Below are positions 61,583 to 64,000 of a stretch of 64,000 nucleotides of DNA, in pieces. The stretch spans positions 86,615-150,614 of the forward strand of contig CAVTGG010000002.1 of NCBI GenBank assembly GCA_963734155.1, in the 5' to 3' direction. This DNA is from an uncultured Acidobacteriota bacterium (GTDB lineage Bacteria > Acidobacteriota > Thermoanaerobaculia > Gp7-AA8). The notes beneath the pieces were generated by a model. It was not told where the DNA came from and ran no database searches. It saw only the letters and a list, made by a program, of their open reading frames with translations. A program made the translations under genes and the position numbers. Each line of letters starts with the position of its first letter. Position 1 is the first letter of the stretch.

Positions 61583-62341
61583 ATGCTGCCCACTGCCACG
61601 ACCTACGATTACAACATCTATTTCTATGGCCTGATCTGCCACATGGGCGACGACAAACTTTATAAGCATTTCGCAGCCATGGTACGCGACAAGGAGCACA
61701 CACCGAAGATCTACGACAAACAAAGCGAGACGCCAATTAAAGACTCCAACGGCGTCAAATTCAGCTTCGAATATCCGCCGACGACATTCTCGATCTCCGA
61801 TGCGGTGACTAGCGGCGAATTTCGCCGGTTTGTACCGTCGCTTCATGAACTCATGGGTGGACATCCGCGACTCAACATTCAAGAATTTGCAATTCCAGTC
61901 TACTATCCTGCCTCAGGCGATCACCAGCACAGCGTGCTCACTATTACAGATTTCTATCCCCACCAAGGATATTACCTGCGTGGCGGTCAGCGCGTCTGGG
62001 GTCCCGATTGTGTTGCCTGCATGACGCAGCTTACGCTGACCACGACCAACAACACCGTCTACATAGTCAATATCAAGAAGGATGGGTCTTATGACAAACT
62101 TGCGACCCTAACGGCCGCCGATAATAATTATGCCATCATCTCCAACGAAGCACCCCTAGGGCACCACCACGGCCACGTAGCAAAGTACGGCAGTCTCTTG
62201 CTTGAAGAAGACAGCAACCTGACGATCCTGAAGACGGGTTGTCCGCTCTACTCTGACCGGTCCTGCCGCGCGATTTTGGAGGTCTGCCAGTACGCTCACC
62301 GCGATGACGACCTCGAGTGCAGCAATAATCAGTGGCCCTGA
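61583..62341 (+). CDS. Hypothetical Cys/His-rich protein (252 aa), translationally coupled to the CHAT gene
   Basis: The ATG lies 12 nt after the CHAT TAA stop and is preceded by AAGGAGGAGG. The first 120 nt are 60/120 G+C by hand count. Motifs are ICHMGDD, CVAC, GHHHGH and a C-terminal C-x7-C-x6-C-x10-C. No family was recognised. Confidence 0.55.
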   Translation: MLPTATTYDYNIYFYGLICHMGDDKLYKHFAAMVRDKEHTPKIYDKQSETPIKDSNGVKFSFEYPPTTFSISDAVTSGEFRRFVPSLHELMGGHPRLNIQEFAIPVYYPASGDHQHSVLTITDFYPHQGYYLRGGQRVWGPDCVACMTQLTLTTTNNTVYIVNIKKDGSYDKLATLTAADNNYAIISNEAPLGHHHGHVAKYGSLLLEEDSNLTILKTGCPLYSDRSCRAILEVCQYAHRDDDLECSNNQWP

Positions 62342-62375
62342 CATTTCCCCCGTACAATCCCCGTTAACGAACCCA

Positions 62376-63788
62376 ATGCCCAACGACAAGCTCCACGAAG
62401 AATGCGGCGTCTTCGGCGTCCTCGGCCGCGCGGACGCCGCAAACCTCGTCTACCTCGGGCTATACGCGCTCCAGCACCGGGGCCAGGAGAGTGCGGGGAT
62501 CGCGTCCGTGGGCGAGGACAAAAGGATCCTTTCCGAGAAGGAGATGGGGTACGTCGCGGACGTGTTTACGCAGGAGCGGCTGGCGCGGTTGCCGGGGGAT
62601 GTGGCGATTGGGCATGTGCGGTACTCCACCGCCGGCGGGTCGATGCTTTGCAACGCGCAGCCGATTGTGGCGATGACGTCCAAGGGGCAGATTGCGGTGG
62701 CGCACAACGGGAACCTCACGAACGGCAATGAGTTGCGCAAGCAGCTCGAGGATGAAGGGGCGATTTTCAACTCGACGGCGGACAGCGAGCTGTTCGTGCA
62801 TTTGATCGCGCGGTCGAAGGCGACGGATCTCGAGGGGGCGCTCATCGATGCGCTCTCGCGCGTGCAGGGGGCGTATGCGATTGCGTTGCTCGCCCCCGGC
62901 AAGATCTTCGCGGCGCGCGATCCGTATGGGTTCCGGCCGCTGGTGCTCGGGAAGTTGGACGATGTGCACACGATTTCGTCGGAGACGTGTGCGTTCGATC
63001 TGATCGGTGCGGAGACGGTGCGGGAGATTGGCGCGGGAGAGATCATCGCCATCGACCACAGCGGTGTCAGTGTGGTGAGGCATGCGCGTGCGGAGCGCGA
63101 GGCGCGGTGCATTTTCGAGCATGTGTACTTCGCGCGGCCGGACTCCGTCGTCTTCGGCAACAGCGTCGCGGACGTGCGGCAGCGCTTCGGCGCGCAGCTG
63201 GCGCGCGAGCACCCGGTGCCCGCCGACATCGTCGTGCCCGTTCCGGACTCCGGCGTCTTCGCGGCGCTGGGCTACGCGCAGCAGGCGGGGCTGCCGTTTC
63301 AATATGGGCTCGTACGCAATCACTACGTCGGGCGGACGTTCATCGAGCCGAAGCAGACCATTCGCAGCTTCGGGGTGAAGGTGAAGTTGAATCCTGTCCG
63401 CGAGCTCGTAAACGGCAAGCGCATCGTGCTGATCGACGACTCGATCGTGCGCGGCACGACGTCGAAGAAGATCGTGCGCATGCTGAAAGACTCCGGCGCC
63501 TCCGAGGTGCACATGCGCATCTCGTCGCCGCCGACGTCGTGGCCGTGTTACTACGGCATCGACACGCCGGAGCGGAAAGACTTGATCGCGAGCACGCAGT
63601 CGCTCGACGAGATTCGCTCGTTCATCGAGGCGGACTCGCTCGGCTATCTGAGCGAAGATGGTCTCCTCGAAGCGGTGCGCAACGGCGACGATCCGCGCTC
63701 GCTATACTGCACGGCATGCTTCACCGGGAAGTACCTGAAAGCCGGATCACTCGGTTCCGCCGCCTCCATGAATCCGGCTGTTTCGTGA
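62376..63788 (+). CDS. purF: Amidophosphoribosyltransferase
   Basis: It reads MPNDKLHEECGVFGV (the N-terminal Cys nucleophile after processing), with a Ntn glutaminase domain and a PRTase motif VLIDDSIVRGTT. The ORF-track start 62304 is a run-on. Confidence 0.9.
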   Translation: MPNDKLHEECGVFGVLGRADAANLVYLGLYALQHRGQESAGIASVGEDKRILSEKEMGYVADVFTQERLARLPGDVAIGHVRYSTAGGSMLCNAQPIVAMTSKGQIAVAHNGNLTNGNELRKQLEDEGAIFNSTADSELFVHLIARSKATDLEGALIDALSRVQGAYAIALLAPGKIFAARDPYGFRPLVLGKLDDVHTISSETCAFDLIGAETVREIGAGEIIAIDHSGVSVVRHARAEREARCIFEHVYFARPDSVVFGNSVADVRQRFGAQLAREHPVPADIVVPVPDSGVFAALGYAQQAGLPFQYGLVRNHYVGRTFIEPKQTIRSFGVKVKLNPVRELVNGKRIVLIDDSIVRGTTSKKIVRMLKDSGASEVHMRISSPPTSWPCYYGIDTPERKDLIASTQSLDEIRSFIEADSLGYLSEDGLLEAVRNGDDPRSLYCTACFTGKYLKAGSLGSAASMNPAVS

Positions 63789-64000
63789 TGCCGAATCCGT
63801 GGGATGCCGGCAGCGCGCGGCTGCTGGCTAACTTCGGCTTCCTTGCACTAGCCACGACGAGCGCCGGCTTCGCCTGGTCGATCGGCAAGCAGGACAACCA
63901 CATCACGCTCGAGGAAGCGCTCGCGCATTTGCGCGCGATGAGCGCGGCCGTCGATCTGCCGATCAACGCCGACTTCGAGGGCGCGTTCGCGATCGATGCG
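63716..64000 (+). CDS. Isocitrate lyase / PEP mutase family protein, 5' part only (runs off the window)
   Basis: The frame is open to the window end and reads MLHREVPESRITRFRRLHESGCFVMPNPWDAGSARLLANFGFLALATTSAGFAWSIG... The FRRLHESG..PNPWDAGSA pattern favours ATG 63716 (a 73-nt overlap with purF) over ATG 63788. Confidence 0.55.
   Translation, partial: MLHREVPESRITRFRRLHESGCFVMPNPWDAGSARLLANFGFLALATTSAGFAWSIGKQDNHITLEEALAHLRAMSAAVDLPINADFEGAFAIDA

Noticed and set aside
61583-62341. Calling the 252-aa CHAT-linked protein a bacterial gasdermin.
   Set aside because: Only its size and the protease adjacency fit. I recognise no gasdermin sequence features, and known bacterial gasdermin genes usually precede their protease. 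It remains a hypothesis to test.

Overview
This is a high-G+C bacterial chromosomal segment. Hand-counted core-gene samples run about 70-77% G+C. The GC-rich REP-like hairpins and the gene content suggest a soil Acidobacteriota-type genome, but that is inference only. All family calls below come from motifs I recognise by eye in the supplied translations. No database search was run.

Most of the window is core metabolism and envelope functions:
- a TetR-regulated RND efflux operon (tetR-tolC-MFP-RND, 13.1 to 7.0 kb, minus strand)
- a PknK-like Ser/Thr-kinase/NB-ARC/TPR protein
- a MurNAc/peptidoglycan-recycling-like cluster (SSS transporter, NagZ, beta-lactamase-fold hydrolase, NamZ/DUF1343)
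- nadE, nnr, tsaE, purL and purF
- a homogentisate (tyrosine catabolism) operon, hppD-hmgA-unknown-fahA
- several secreted repeat proteins

Two lower-G+C accessory insertions stand out:
1. About 16.2-24.1 kb holds a type I R-M locus in the order hsdR-hsdS-[PrrC-like ABC-NTPase/anticodon-nuclease candidate]-hsdM. hsdR carries at least 6 frameshifts and hsdM carries one, while hsdS and the PrrC-like gene are intact. A truncated oxidase-like gene remnant lies at the right edge.
2. 58.46-62.34 kb, between the hppD operon and purF, holds a TPR-CHAT caspase-like protease translationally coupled to a 252-aa Cys/His-rich protein I cannot place in any family. This is my best candidate for an undescribed protease-plus-substrate/effector system.

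A 222-aa unknown ORF sits where maleylacetoacetate isomerase would be expected in the homogentisate operon.

The window contains at least 15 reading-frame breaks in otherwise conserved genes, mostly behaving as +1 insertions. They are either assembly indels or real decay, and this must be resolved before any functional claim.

Several families of GC-rich palindromic/REP-like elements occupy gene 3' ends. I saw no rRNA, tRNA, CRISPR array, transposase or integrase.
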